DNA from: Candidatus Hodarchaeota archaeon
GTDB taxonomy: Archaea > Asgardarchaeota > Lokiarchaeia > Sigyniarchaeales > SOKP01
NCBI GenBank assembly: GCA_048887225.1
Contig: JBHLJY010000002.1
Span: 288,001 to 352,000 of the forward strand
DNA: 64,000 nucleotides
Direction: 5' to 3'
Below the pieces are notes generated by a model. That model ran no database searches and had not been told where the DNA came from. It worked only from the letters and a program-made list of their open reading frames with translations. Shown here piece by piece: positions 39,850 to 48,863 of the stretch. A program made the translations under genes and the position numbers. Each line of letters begins with the position of its first letter. Positions within the stretch are counted from its first letter, which is position 1.

Positions 39850-41661
39850 ATGAATCTTGATAAAATAAAGAAATATTTAATTTCACTTTTTAAAAAAGAT
39901 ATAACTCAAGAACTATTTTTTTCTGGTTTAGGCTGTTTAATTTTTTATGTTTTTTTCAGATTTTTTCCAGATAAAGCCTGGCATAAAGAATTTCGAACTA
40001 CGATTATTTTAATTATAGCTTTATCATTTTTTCTTGTCTTTCTAATTTTGAATCAGCCAAATCCAAGAACTAAACTTTTTAAAGTTAATTATAAAAGAAA
40101 TATTATTTTATTTTCAATTTTTAACTTTACAATCTGGTGTTTTATTTTTTATAAGACTTCGTTTGGATTTTTTGGAATCGCTGCTGATAATTATTATCGT
40201 TCAGCATACATTACTCAAATGGCCCATTCAGGATATCCTCAAGATTTTGCGTACAAGGGACTTTCTGCATTCTATTCACCCTTCTATTATTACTGTCTAG
40301 CACTTATAGCTATAATTTTTCACATTCCTCCTTATAAAATGGTAAAAATAGGCTTTTTATTGACTTATTATATCATTCCAATCATTTTATTTGAGTTTTG
40401 GAAGAAAATTTATAGTAAAAAGGTAGCTTTTTTCATAACTGTTATTTCCTTTCTTATAATTGGCGATATATATTCACAGGATCATATGATTGGGTACATG
40501 TTATTTATACCATATTTTATGTATTATTTTGAGAATTATCCGAAAAAAGATTTCAAGCTTAAAAATTATGTAATTGGAGGATTAATTGGTTCAATTATTT
40601 TTACAACTTTCTTTTTATATTTTGCTATTATTCCAATGTATTATATAATAATTCTTGTTCAAAACAAGAAAAAATTAAAAGAAGATTTAAAACATATTTC
40701 TTATCTATCAATATTTTTATTGATATTTAGTAGTTGGTTTTGGGGCCCTATATTAAGAGATATATTATTTTTAGGTTTTGAAAGTCATCAAAATCGATAT
40801 TTTCATCCAAGTATTTTAACATTTCCATTATTATGGTATTTTGAAACTACTTATTTTGGAGTTATCTATGTAATTGGAGCAATATTTATTATGAAAAAAT
40901 ATTCTAATTTATATGATATAAAAATTCTAGGAAATCTTCTAATTTCTATCAGTTTTTTGTTTTTATTAGGATTGATTGGGATATTAATCGGTTTTCCAAT
41001 AATGCATATTCGCTTTCTTTATGTTTCTTTTTACATATTAATCATTTCAGCTACAATTTTTTATGTAAAATTCTTTCATTTTATTGCTAAAAATGATAAA
41101 ATAAGAATACAGAACTTTCAACTTAATTTAAAGCAAGTTGAAATATCTTTAATTATTAGCTTTTTTTTCTTTCAGTATACAAATTATGCTATAGTGATAA
41201 CCGAGACCCCTTACTATGATTACACTATAGATGAAGATTATCCTGCAGATCTTATAGACATTTTTGAAGAATTAGATTATGAAGATAAGGTTTTCCTTAC
41301 AACTAAATATCGAGTTGCAGCATTTATCCCTATATATTGTTTCTTATTACCTATTCCTTATTATTCTCATCCCTCTTCTTTATATAATGAACGTGTAAAG
41401 TTTCTTGTTGAATTATCAGAATGTGATAATTCAAAATCATTTCACAAAAAAGCAACTGAAAATGAATTTGAACCAATAGATTATTTCTTTTTAGATTTTG
41501 AGAACAATGATACAGTTTTAGTTTTTGAAGTTACGGTTGAAAAGTTCATAGAAGGCAGAGAATATTATGAAATAAAATTTGATAGAGCGTTATTTCTAGA
41601 TCCTGACTTATTTGAAGAGATTATTATTGATAACAAAATAATATATGAAACAAAATATTAA
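39850..41661 (+). CDS. AftA/GT85-like arabinofuranosyltransferase homolog (paralog B)
   Basis: FGIAADNYYRSAYITQMAH..QDFAYKGLSAFYSPFYYY..IPPYKMVK; C-terminal KVFLTT..YYSHPSSLYNER; clear paralog of 31829..33697. Confidence 0.75.
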   Translation: MNLDKIKKYLISLFKKDITQELFFSGLGCLIFYVFFRFFPDKAWHKEFRTTIILIIALSFFLVFLILNQPNPRTKLFKVNYKRNIILFSIFNFTIWCFIFYKTSFGFFGIAADNYYRSAYITQMAHSGYPQDFAYKGLSAFYSPFYYYCLALIAIIFHIPPYKMVKIGFLLTYYIIPIILFEFWKKIYSKKVAFFITVISFLIIGDIYSQDHMIGYMLFIPYFMYYFENYPKKDFKLKNYVIGGLIGSIIFTTFFLYFAIIPMYYIIILVQNKKKLKEDLKHISYLSIFLLIFSSWFWGPILRDILFLGFESHQNRYFHPSILTFPLLWYFETTYFGVIYVIGAIFIMKKYSNLYDIKILGNLLISISFLFLLGLIGILIGFPIMHIRFLYVSFYILIISATIFYVKFFHFIAKNDKIRIQNFQLNLKQVEISLIISFFFFQYTNYAIVITETPYYDYTIDEDYPADLIDIFEELDYEDKVFLTTKYRVAAFIPIYCFLLPIPYYSHPSSLYNERVKFLVELSECDNSKSFHKKATENEFEPIDYFFLDFENNDTVLVFEVTVEKFIEGREYYEIKFDRALFLDPDLFEEIIIDNKIIYETKY

Positions 41662-41728
41662 CCAAAACTTTTCAATCTGATTGAATTTTTTTATTATAAA
41701 GAGTTTGAAAATATATAATATAACGCTA

Positions 41729-43177
41729 ATGACCTTAAAAAAAGAATCAGAAAAATTAAAAATTTTGCTCTTAAGTGTCAGTTCAGAGTCATTTTTCTAT
41801 GATCAACTCGTAATACCTTTTGGTTTAATTAGTTTAGCATCTTATATTGAGGATCAACAATTTGAGATTAAAGGAATTGAAATGAACAATCCTCCCGAAA
41901 AGATAAACCAGCGATATTTACAAGTTGATAAGGAGTTTCTGAAAGAAATTGAAGAATTTTCCCCCGATATCATCGCAATGAGTTCATACGCTTCAAATAT
42001 ATATAATATTATATTTTGGGCCAATTTACTAAAAAAAAAATTGCCAAACTGTGTGATTATGGTTGGTGGGAATCATGCATCATATATAGATAAAGAAATT
42101 TTGGAGAAATGTCCTGGAATTGATATCGTGGTTAGATTCGAAGGAGAAATTCCTTTTAAAATGATAAGTGAGAAGCTATTAAATAATAATGATAATTTTT
42201 CAGATGTTCCTAGTATTACATATAGATCAAATGGAGAGATTAAAAAAAATCCACAAGCAGAATTAATTAAAGACCTAAGTTCCCTTCCAATGCTTAACCG
42301 AGATTATTTTAAATTTGAAACAAAATCTAAAGATGAGGTATATCATGCCGATTTAATTTCTGCGAGAGGCTGTCCTTTTAACTGTACTTTTTGTAATTGT
42401 AATCATTATTGGAGTAAACGATATAGAGTACGACATATTGATTCTATTATAAAAGAATTAAAGAGTTTAAAAGAGGAATATCCAAATCTTAAGTCTATTA
42501 GAATTCGTGATGAATCAGTTACAATCAACAAAGTCAGATGTAAAAAGTTATGTGATGCTATTAAAGAAAATGGATTAGTTCTTGAATTCCAAGCACATTC
42601 GCGACTCGACGGATTAGATGAAGAAGTGATACAAAATTTATCGGAAGCGGGTTTTAAATTAGTCTTTATAGGTATGGAGTCTGGTAGTCAACGGATATTG
42701 AATATATTAAATAAAGGGATAGATATTTCTAGAGCTGGAGATGTTGTTTCTCAGTTAAGAGATTATGGTATTAAATTCAGAATTTCATTTATGAGTGAAA
42801 CACCAGATGAGAAGTTAAAAGATGTAAAAAAAACTATAAAGCTTATAAAAAAATTAAGATTAAATGTTAAAACTAACGAGTATTATATTGGAACGGGAGT
42901 AGCAATTTATCCTGGTACTACTGACTGTCAAAAATTTCTACGTCTAAATCCTGATTATGAGTGGATTACAAAAGATTATAGATTTAAAGGTAAATATTAT
43001 CCAACTAGAGATTCATCAGGAAATATAATCCAACCTAATTATTTAGAACATAGCAGGTTTAAAAGAGCATTCATTAGAATTTATATTGAAATAAGTTTGA
43101 ATCCTATTGGTCTTATTAGTTATGTAAAAAACTCTCTTAAATTTATTATTCAGAATATAAAATTAAAATTTAAATAA
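41729..43177 (+). CDS. Cobalamin-binding radical SAM enzyme (class B-like); alternative TTG start at 41681
   Basis: PFGLISLAS, VGGNHAS, FEGE (B12-binding domain); ARGCPFNCTFC (CX3CX2C); GMESGS. Confidence 0.9.
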   Translation: MTLKKESEKLKILLLSVSSESFFYDQLVIPFGLISLASYIEDQQFEIKGIEMNNPPEKINQRYLQVDKEFLKEIEEFSPDIIAMSSYASNIYNIIFWANLLKKKLPNCVIMVGGNHASYIDKEILEKCPGIDIVVRFEGEIPFKMISEKLLNNNDNFSDVPSITYRSNGEIKKNPQAELIKDLSSLPMLNRDYFKFETKSKDEVYHADLISARGCPFNCTFCNCNHYWSKRYRVRHIDSIIKELKSLKEEYPNLKSIRIRDESVTINKVRCKKLCDAIKENGLVLEFQAHSRLDGLDEEVIQNLSEAGFKLVFIGMESGSQRILNILNKGIDISRAGDVVSQLRDYGIKFRISFMSETPDEKLKDVKKTIKLIKKLRLNVKTNEYYIGTGVAIYPGTTDCQKFLRLNPDYEWITKDYRFKGKYYPTRDSSGNIIQPNYLEHSRFKRAFIRIYIEISLNPIGLISYVKNSLKFIIQNIKLKFK

Positions 43178-43196
43178 AGACAACTTCAACGATTTC

Positions 43197-44336
43197 ATGA
43201 CAATATTCGATAAATCAAGAGTTCTAAATAAATTTCTAAATATTGTAATTAAGATCCTTGATTTTATTTATTCAAAATATAAATTACAAATATTCTATAT
43301 TTTAAGAAGGAATATTCTCACTTTAAGAGCGCAAGTAATCTTTGTCTGTGAACAAACTAGTTGGGCAGTATTTTGGATCGGAAAAAATTTGACTGAAAAG
43401 CTTAAAGAGATGGAATTGATAAATGCTGAAATAGCTTCACCTTTATTGGCTAAGAATAAAATCATACATTGGGGCGCTATAAATTATTTAATTAAAATTG
43501 GGCGTTCATATTTGGAAAAACCTAACTTTAATATTATTAACTGGTACCACGTTGTCCCTAATGATGAAAGATTAAATTTTATTCCTTATTTAAATAAACA
43601 TGTAGATTTATTGATTACAGCAAGTCCGATTACAAAAAAGAATTTAGTTGATTCAGGATTTGATGAAGATAAAATAAATATTATTCCTTTTGGAATTGAT
43701 TTATCTCATTTTAGAAGGTACGATAAAAAGAAACAAGGCTATTTAAAAAAAAAATTTAACCTTACGAGTAATAAAATAATTATTGGCTCTTTTCAAAAAG
43801 ATGGAGAAGGTTGGGGCGATGGAATGGAACCGAAATTTGTCAAAGGACCAGATATTTTTTGCGAGGTTGTTAAAAAGTTAAATGACAAATATGATATTCA
43901 TGTGCTGCTTACAGGACCTGCCAGAGGATATGTTAAAAAGAAATTAAAAGAATTTAAAGTCCCTTACACTCATTTAATTTTACATGACTATATGGATATT
44001 GTTGAGTGTTATAACGTATTAGATTTGTATATCGTTTCATCCCGAGTAGAAGGTGGACCTCAAGCATTATTAGAAGCGATGGCAACGGGTGTTCCATTAG
44101 TAACTACGAATGTAGGTATGGCACCATATCTAATTAAAGATAAAATTAATGGATTTAAAACTCAAATAGAAAATGTTGATGATCTCTATAATTATTGTGT
44201 AGAAGTGATAAAAAACGAGAAATTAAGAGAGAAGATAGTAAAGAATGCTTTTGAAACTGTGAAAGAATATAACTGGGAAAGTATTGCAAAACAATATTAT
44301 GAGAAAATATATAAAAAAGCTTTTAAGACGAACTAA
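43197..44336 (+). CDS. Glycosyltransferase family 4
   Basis: IPFGID, GSFQKDG, KGPD, SRVEGGPQALLEAMATG. Confidence 0.92.
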   Translation: MTIFDKSRVLNKFLNIVIKILDFIYSKYKLQIFYILRRNILTLRAQVIFVCEQTSWAVFWIGKNLTEKLKEMELINAEIASPLLAKNKIIHWGAINYLIKIGRSYLEKPNFNIINWYHVVPNDERLNFIPYLNKHVDLLITASPITKKNLVDSGFDEDKINIIPFGIDLSHFRRYDKKKQGYLKKKFNLTSNKIIIGSFQKDGEGWGDGMEPKFVKGPDIFCEVVKKLNDKYDIHVLLTGPARGYVKKKLKEFKVPYTHLILHDYMDIVECYNVLDLYIVSSRVEGGPQALLEAMATGVPLVTTNVGMAPYLIKDKINGFKTQIENVDDLYNYCVEVIKNEKLREKIVKNAFETVKEYNWESIAKQYYEKIYKKAFKTN

Positions 44337-44958
44337 TTTTTGCCCAAATCTCGCCAAATTTTATTTCATATGATATTATTCTAAGACCTATAGACTCTAT
44401 TTCAGATGTAAACGTATCAAGTGTATATTCTATATAATGAGTATCATCTAATCTATAATCTAATCCCAATTTTTTCATGTATAATGGAAGCCAAGATCTG
44501 TTTATCATTGGAACTCTAATAAGAATTTTTTCACACAAGTTCTTTACCCTCTCTAAAAGTTTTTTCCTATCTTCAATATGTTCTAAAACATTAGACATTA
44601 TTACATAATCAAACTTTTCTTTAAAATCATATTTAGAAACTTCACAATTAATATATAAAATATTTTCATTATTGTAATATTTTTTAGCGAAATCAATATT
44701 CTTTTTATCAATATCAATCCCTATTACTTTTCTCGCTTTTTGAGCTAATTTTTTAGTCAAATATCCATTTCCACATCCGATATCTAGGATCTTAGAGTCT
44801 TCATCAATATTATCCAGAAAAAATTGATAATATTTCATAATTTCATGCTTAGGATGGATATTTTTATTCAATTTTCCCGCATACAATGAAATTTTTCTGT
44901 AGGAAAAATTATGGAGCTTAATATAATACTTTAGAAACAATTTATTGACAAATTTCAT
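44323..44958 (-). CDS. Class I SAM methyltransferase
   Basis: ILDIGCGNG, IGIDID, FDYVIMSNVLEHI. Confidence 0.9.
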   Translation of the reverse strand: MKFVNKLFLKYYIKLHNFSYRKISLYAGKLNKNIHPKHEIMKYYQFFLDNIDEDSKILDIGCGNGYLTKKLAQKARKVIGIDIDKKNIDFAKKYYNNENILYINCEVSKYDFKEKFDYVIMSNVLEHIEDRKKLLERVKNLCEKILIRVPMINRSWLPLYMKKLGLDYRLDDTHYIEYTLDTFTSEIESIGLRIISYEIKFGEIWAKISSS

Positions 44959-45041
44959 AATAATTTGATTTAGAGTATTTTTATGTTTAATTTATCAGGA
45001 AATTAGAATATAATTCAACATTAGAATAATTTTGAATATTC

Positions 45042-45084
45042 ATTAAGTCTCGGATTTGTAAAAACCAAAACGCACTTTGAGCAC
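45042..45084. repeat. 43-bp direct repeat, copy 1
   Basis: attaagtctcggatttgtaaaaaccaaaAcgcactttgagcac; 42/43 identical to 46698..46740. Confidence 0.92.
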
Positions 45085-45726
45085 ATCAATCACCATTTTT
45101 ATACTAATTTTTTCTTGACTAGATTTATCAACAATACCTCTAAACTTTCTAGTTTTAATATTTCCTCTATTATTTAAATTAGAGTGATCAAATTTATGAT
45201 AATTTAACATTTTAGGTTCATAATCCACACCAATGAAATTACAAATGTTTGAAAAAACAAATTCCGGTTTTGAAACCATATTACTATAACTTACTTCAAT
45301 GGAATTACAAAAATGTTTTACATAATATTTACATATCATAAATTTTCTAATTTGCCAAAAGGGAAGTAATACGGGGTCATTCTTATAATTATAAAAAACC
45401 CTCCACATATGTTTTCTTGTCAGAATAATATATCTTGCTTCATTACCTAATGCACTATTTATCAATTCAATTTGCCTTATATCATAATATCTACTTGTTA
45501 TGAGATAATTTTTACTAATTAAGAAAGAATCTAAATAATTTTTGAATCCATGAGCAATTTTATACTTCAAGTTATAAAGATCTCTTTCTTTCATTTGAGT
45601 AAAAGGTCTACTATCATCCTCATGTTCAACATGTATCTGAGAATGCGAATTTAATACATAAGCTAATAAAGTAGAACCTGATCTATGTAGACCAACTAAG
45701 AAGAAATACCTTTTTTTTTCTTTCAT
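45043..45726 (-). CDS. Sulfotransferase family protein (Sulfotransfer_3-like)
   Basis: 5'-PSB loop GLHRSGSTLL..LNSHSQI, IILTR, VSYSNMVSKP..ICNFIG..YEPKML. Confidence 0.82.
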   Translation of the reverse strand: MKEKKRYFFLVGLHRSGSTLLAYVLNSHSQIHVEHEDDSRPFTQMKERDLYNLKYKIAHGFKNYLDSFLISKNYLITSRYYDIRQIELINSALGNEARYIILTRKHMWRVFYNYKNDPVLLPFWQIRKFMICKYYVKHFCNSIEVSYSNMVSKPEFVFSNICNFIGVDYEPKMLNYHKFDHSNLNNRGNIKTRKFRGIVDKSSQEKISIKMVIDVLKVRFGFYKSET

Positions 45727-45839
45727 AAAACCTTGTTATTTTATCTAATAGCCAAATTATTACTATTTATTGATCAGAAAATTCTTTTATTTAAGTATTT
45801 TTTTGTACATTATATATCCATCTCTATTTCTTTAATTAG

Positions 45840-46898
45840 TTATATTTTCTTCGCAATAATTGTCATTCTTGAGGTTTTACCAATAAAGGCTTGAATATTT
45901 AATAAACCATGAAGCAAGGTTCTTCTTACAATCTTTTTACTTAATATTTTTAAAATAAACTTAATAAGTAATTTATTTGGATGTTTAATTAGTATATAAC
46001 TTAAGGGGCCAATTATTTCTCTATCTGTTTTAATATGAAAAAGACCTTGGCTTTCAAGACCAACAAGCTTTAAATAATTATCCAGAGTATTAGGAGTGAA
46101 ATGATATAAATGGAATGGTAATTGTAGACAATAGGAATATTTTTTAAATAGTCGTACTTCCAATCCGGAGAAATCTGGAAGAGAAATTATTAATAATCCT
46201 TCTGGTTTTAAAAATGAAACTATTTTTGTTAATGCTTTCTTAGGAGATTCAATATGTTCAAGGACATTCCTCAAATATATTATGTCAAACTTCTCATCTG
46301 TTTGGTATTCCTCAATACTCACTTTTTCGACATTTAATTTGTAATTATTAATGCAATATTCAACAGCCTCTTCGCTTAGCTCAATTCCTTTAACCTCCCA
46401 ACCTAATTTTTTTAATTTATATAAAAATCCTCCGTAAGCACAGCCAATATCTAAAATTTTTCCATTTTTTTTATATTTTGGTATAAATAGAATAGATTTC
46501 CATAATCTTCTAATCCTTAAATAATTAGGATATTGAATAAGTTTTTTTATTCTACTTACTTTTAGAATTGGATATTTAAAATAATAGGTTAAAAGATCAA
46601 TCCTCCTTAATAAATCAAATCTGTGATCTAAATCTTTAGTTGAAGGGCGATCATCATAAGCTCCTATTTTTGAGTAAAATCTTTTTAGACTTTCAGGATT
46701 AAGTCTCGGATTTGTAAAAACCAAACCGCACTTTGAGCACTTTACTATATTAAACTTTTTTTTAGAAGTTTTGAATAAAAAATCCTTACTCTTAAAGAGT
46801 AAATTATATTTATCCGAATTACAAAAATCACATTTTACGTTAATTAGATTGGTTCCCTTTTTATTATTTTTTCTCTCAAGTTCTATAGATTTATGCAT
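45840..46898 (-). CDS. Class I SAM methyltransferase with N-terminal Zn-binding motif
   Basis: CDFC..CSKCGLVFTNPR, ILDIGCAYG, GIELS, VLEHI, PFHLYHF. Confidence 0.9.
   Translation of the reverse strand: MHKSIELERKNNKKGTNLINVKCDFCNSDKYNLLFKSKDFLFKTSKKKFNIVKCSKCGLVFTNPRLNPESLKRFYSKIGAYDDRPSTKDLDHRFDLLRRIDLLTYYFKYPILKVSRIKKLIQYPNYLRIRRLWKSILFIPKYKKNGKILDIGCAYGGFLYKLKKLGWEVKGIELSEEAVEYCINNYKLNVEKVSIEEYQTDEKFDIIYLRNVLEHIESPKKALTKIVSFLKPEGLLIISLPDFSGLEVRLFKKYSYCLQLPFHLYHFTPNTLDNYLKLVGLESQGLFHIKTDREIIGPLSYILIKHPNKLLIKFILKILSKKIVRRTLLHGLLNIQAFIGKTSRMTIIAKKI
46698..46740. repeat. 43-bp direct repeat, copy 2
   Basis: attaagtctcggatttgtaaaaaccaaaCcgcactttgagcac; encodes CSKCGLVFTNPRLN of the methyltransferase. 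Confidence 0.92.
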
Positions 46899-47108
46899 AT
46901 CATAATAAATGAATTAATTTTCAATTCTCAATATTCTATTTGAAAATATAAATGATTATTTAAATATAAACATCAATATTTTATAGAAAGGTTAGTTTTA
47001 AGGTAAATAATTATTTTTATAATATTTTAAAACGATATCAAGATGAAATCTATTAATCTGAATTTAAATAAAAGTATATATTAAAATTAAAGAATTTGAT
47101 AATGCTGT

Positions 47109-48713
47109 TTATTTCTTTGTGGCAGGTAAAGCTTTTTCAATCAATTTAAATAATTTTTGGAAAATGCCCCTATCCATTATTAGGTGAGGTATTAGATTAA
47201 TAAATTGATTAAATTCTTCTTTAGTTATATATCTCGTAAACAAAATAATTAAATAATAAACAAAAAAGAAAACTAAAGTGTTTAAAAATGCATTAAATAG
47301 ACTATTTAATATAAACATATCTGAAAATAAATTAATATTTACATATAAGATAAAGGGAATAATGGCCAAAAAACTAATTAGAAATATCATAAATGGTTTA
47401 AAAATTATATAAGTTTTTAAATTTAATTCAGATGTCCTATTAATCAAGAAAATCCCAAAAAAGGATAGCAAAAATTGAATGATAATAAACATAAGGATTA
47501 GTGTAAAAAATCCAAAAAATCTTAATGAGATATAAACGGCAGTTAAATTTGCAACAGATTGAAATATTACAATATATAAATCAATTCTAGTCTTATTAGT
47601 TGAATGTGTAATAATTAACAAATTTCTCCTTATTATCTTTGCAAAAACAGAAAAAAGTATGAATTGAATTCCCAAAAGAATAACGAAATATTTTTCAGAA
47701 TAAATTAATAGAATTACAAATTCCATCGAAAAAATTAAAATTCCTACTATTACCCCCACAGCCATTAGAAGGTATTTATTTATTTGATAAAAAAGGTTTC
47801 TATAATCATCCAACCTTTTTTCTAAATCTATTTCAGAAAAAATTGCATCAAATGAGCTTCGTGAAGAACCAGATAGATTTTCGGAAATTTTTACCATGTT
47901 CTCACAAATTGTGATATATGTTAAATAAACGATTACTCCAAAATATAAATACATAAAATTAACTATTAAACCACTAATTTGAGAAATCACGCCTGCCATC
48001 AACAACATTAATCCATATTTTAAGTGAGCTTCTTTATAGTTTAATCTATTTGTAGAATTTTTAATTACGTTATCTGAATTTTTCCGAGGAATTGTTTGAA
48101 GAAGAAAAATTATTGAAATAAAACAAGATGCAAATAAACTTAAAGTATATATTATTACAATCAAGATTAGTGGTTCATTTAGACCTTCAAAAAATAAGAT
48201 TATAATTCCAATCAGAGCAATTATAGAATTTAAAAAATAACCATAAAATACTTTTATAAATTTATGAAAAGCCATTAATAAAGAACTATTTAAATTTTGT
48301 ATTGATATTAATATAATCATTGGAGAACTAATGATCAAGGCTTGAAGAATTAATTCATTAAAGTTTAATAAACGAATTACTATATGAAAAATTATAAAAA
48401 CAAATATAATCAAACAAATTCTAATTTTATATACGTGAAAGATAAAATGTCTTATTAAATTGTTATTCTCCATATCTTCTTTAAATTTTGGAATATAGAA
48501 TTGTAATGTAGCTTCCGCAGCGGGGGGGAGAACACTGCAAAAATATGAAGATACAGTAATAAAAGCCATAATAAAGAGAAGTATTCCCCAATTTTCAGGA
48601 TTTAGAGTCCGTGCAATAAAAAACGTACTAATTACTCCAAATAAAAAAAAGAGATAATAATATAGAAGATTTAAACTTCCACTAAGTACAATTTTTTTTT
48701 GTTCTTTTGACAT
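47109..48713 (-). CDS. Oligosaccharide flippase (Wzx/MOP family, divergent)
   Basis: 534 aa, about 14 TM; IARTLNPENWG, KYG, IYSEKY; C-terminal tail resembles that of the 22011 flippase. Confidence 0.8.
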   Translation of the reverse strand: MSKEQKKIVLSGSLNLLYYYLFFLFGVISTFFIARTLNPENWGILLFIMAFITVSSYFCSVLPPAAEATLQFYIPKFKEDMENNNLIRHFIFHVYKIRICLIIFVFIIFHIVIRLLNFNELILQALIISSPMIILISIQNLNSSLLMAFHKFIKVFYGYFLNSIIALIGIIILFFEGLNEPLILIVIIYTLSLFASCFISIIFLLQTIPRKNSDNVIKNSTNRLNYKEAHLKYGLMLLMAGVISQISGLIVNFMYLYFGVIVYLTYITICENMVKISENLSGSSRSSFDAIFSEIDLEKRLDDYRNLFYQINKYLLMAVGVIVGILIFSMEFVILLIYSEKYFVILLGIQFILFSVFAKIIRRNLLIITHSTNKTRIDLYIVIFQSVANLTAVYISLRFFGFFTLILMFIIIQFLLSFFGIFLINRTSELNLKTYIIFKPFMIFLISFLAIIPFILYVNINLFSDMFILNSLFNAFLNTLVFFFVYYLIILFTRYITKEEFNQFINLIPHLIMDRGIFQKLFKLIEKALPATKK

Positions 48714-48863
48714 AGTATTTGTATATCAATAAATATTGTTATGATTATAATTATTTTAAATAGAAGTATTTACTTAATTAATAAATTTTTCAAATATCGG
48801 AAGCTATATGGATAGCCTCTGATTTTCTCCAAATCTTCTCTCAACTCAAGCTTTTTATAATTT

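Noticed and set aside
45001-45030. Minus-strand frame reading YSNVELY, also present in the GT2 at 49820
   Set aside because: Short and AT-rich, with no supportable ORF; cannot be distinguished from chance
45042-46740. 43-bp repeat as a CRISPR repeat, IS end or att site
   Set aside because: Only two direct copies 1.66 kb apart, one being normal coding sequence; no cas, transposase or integrase
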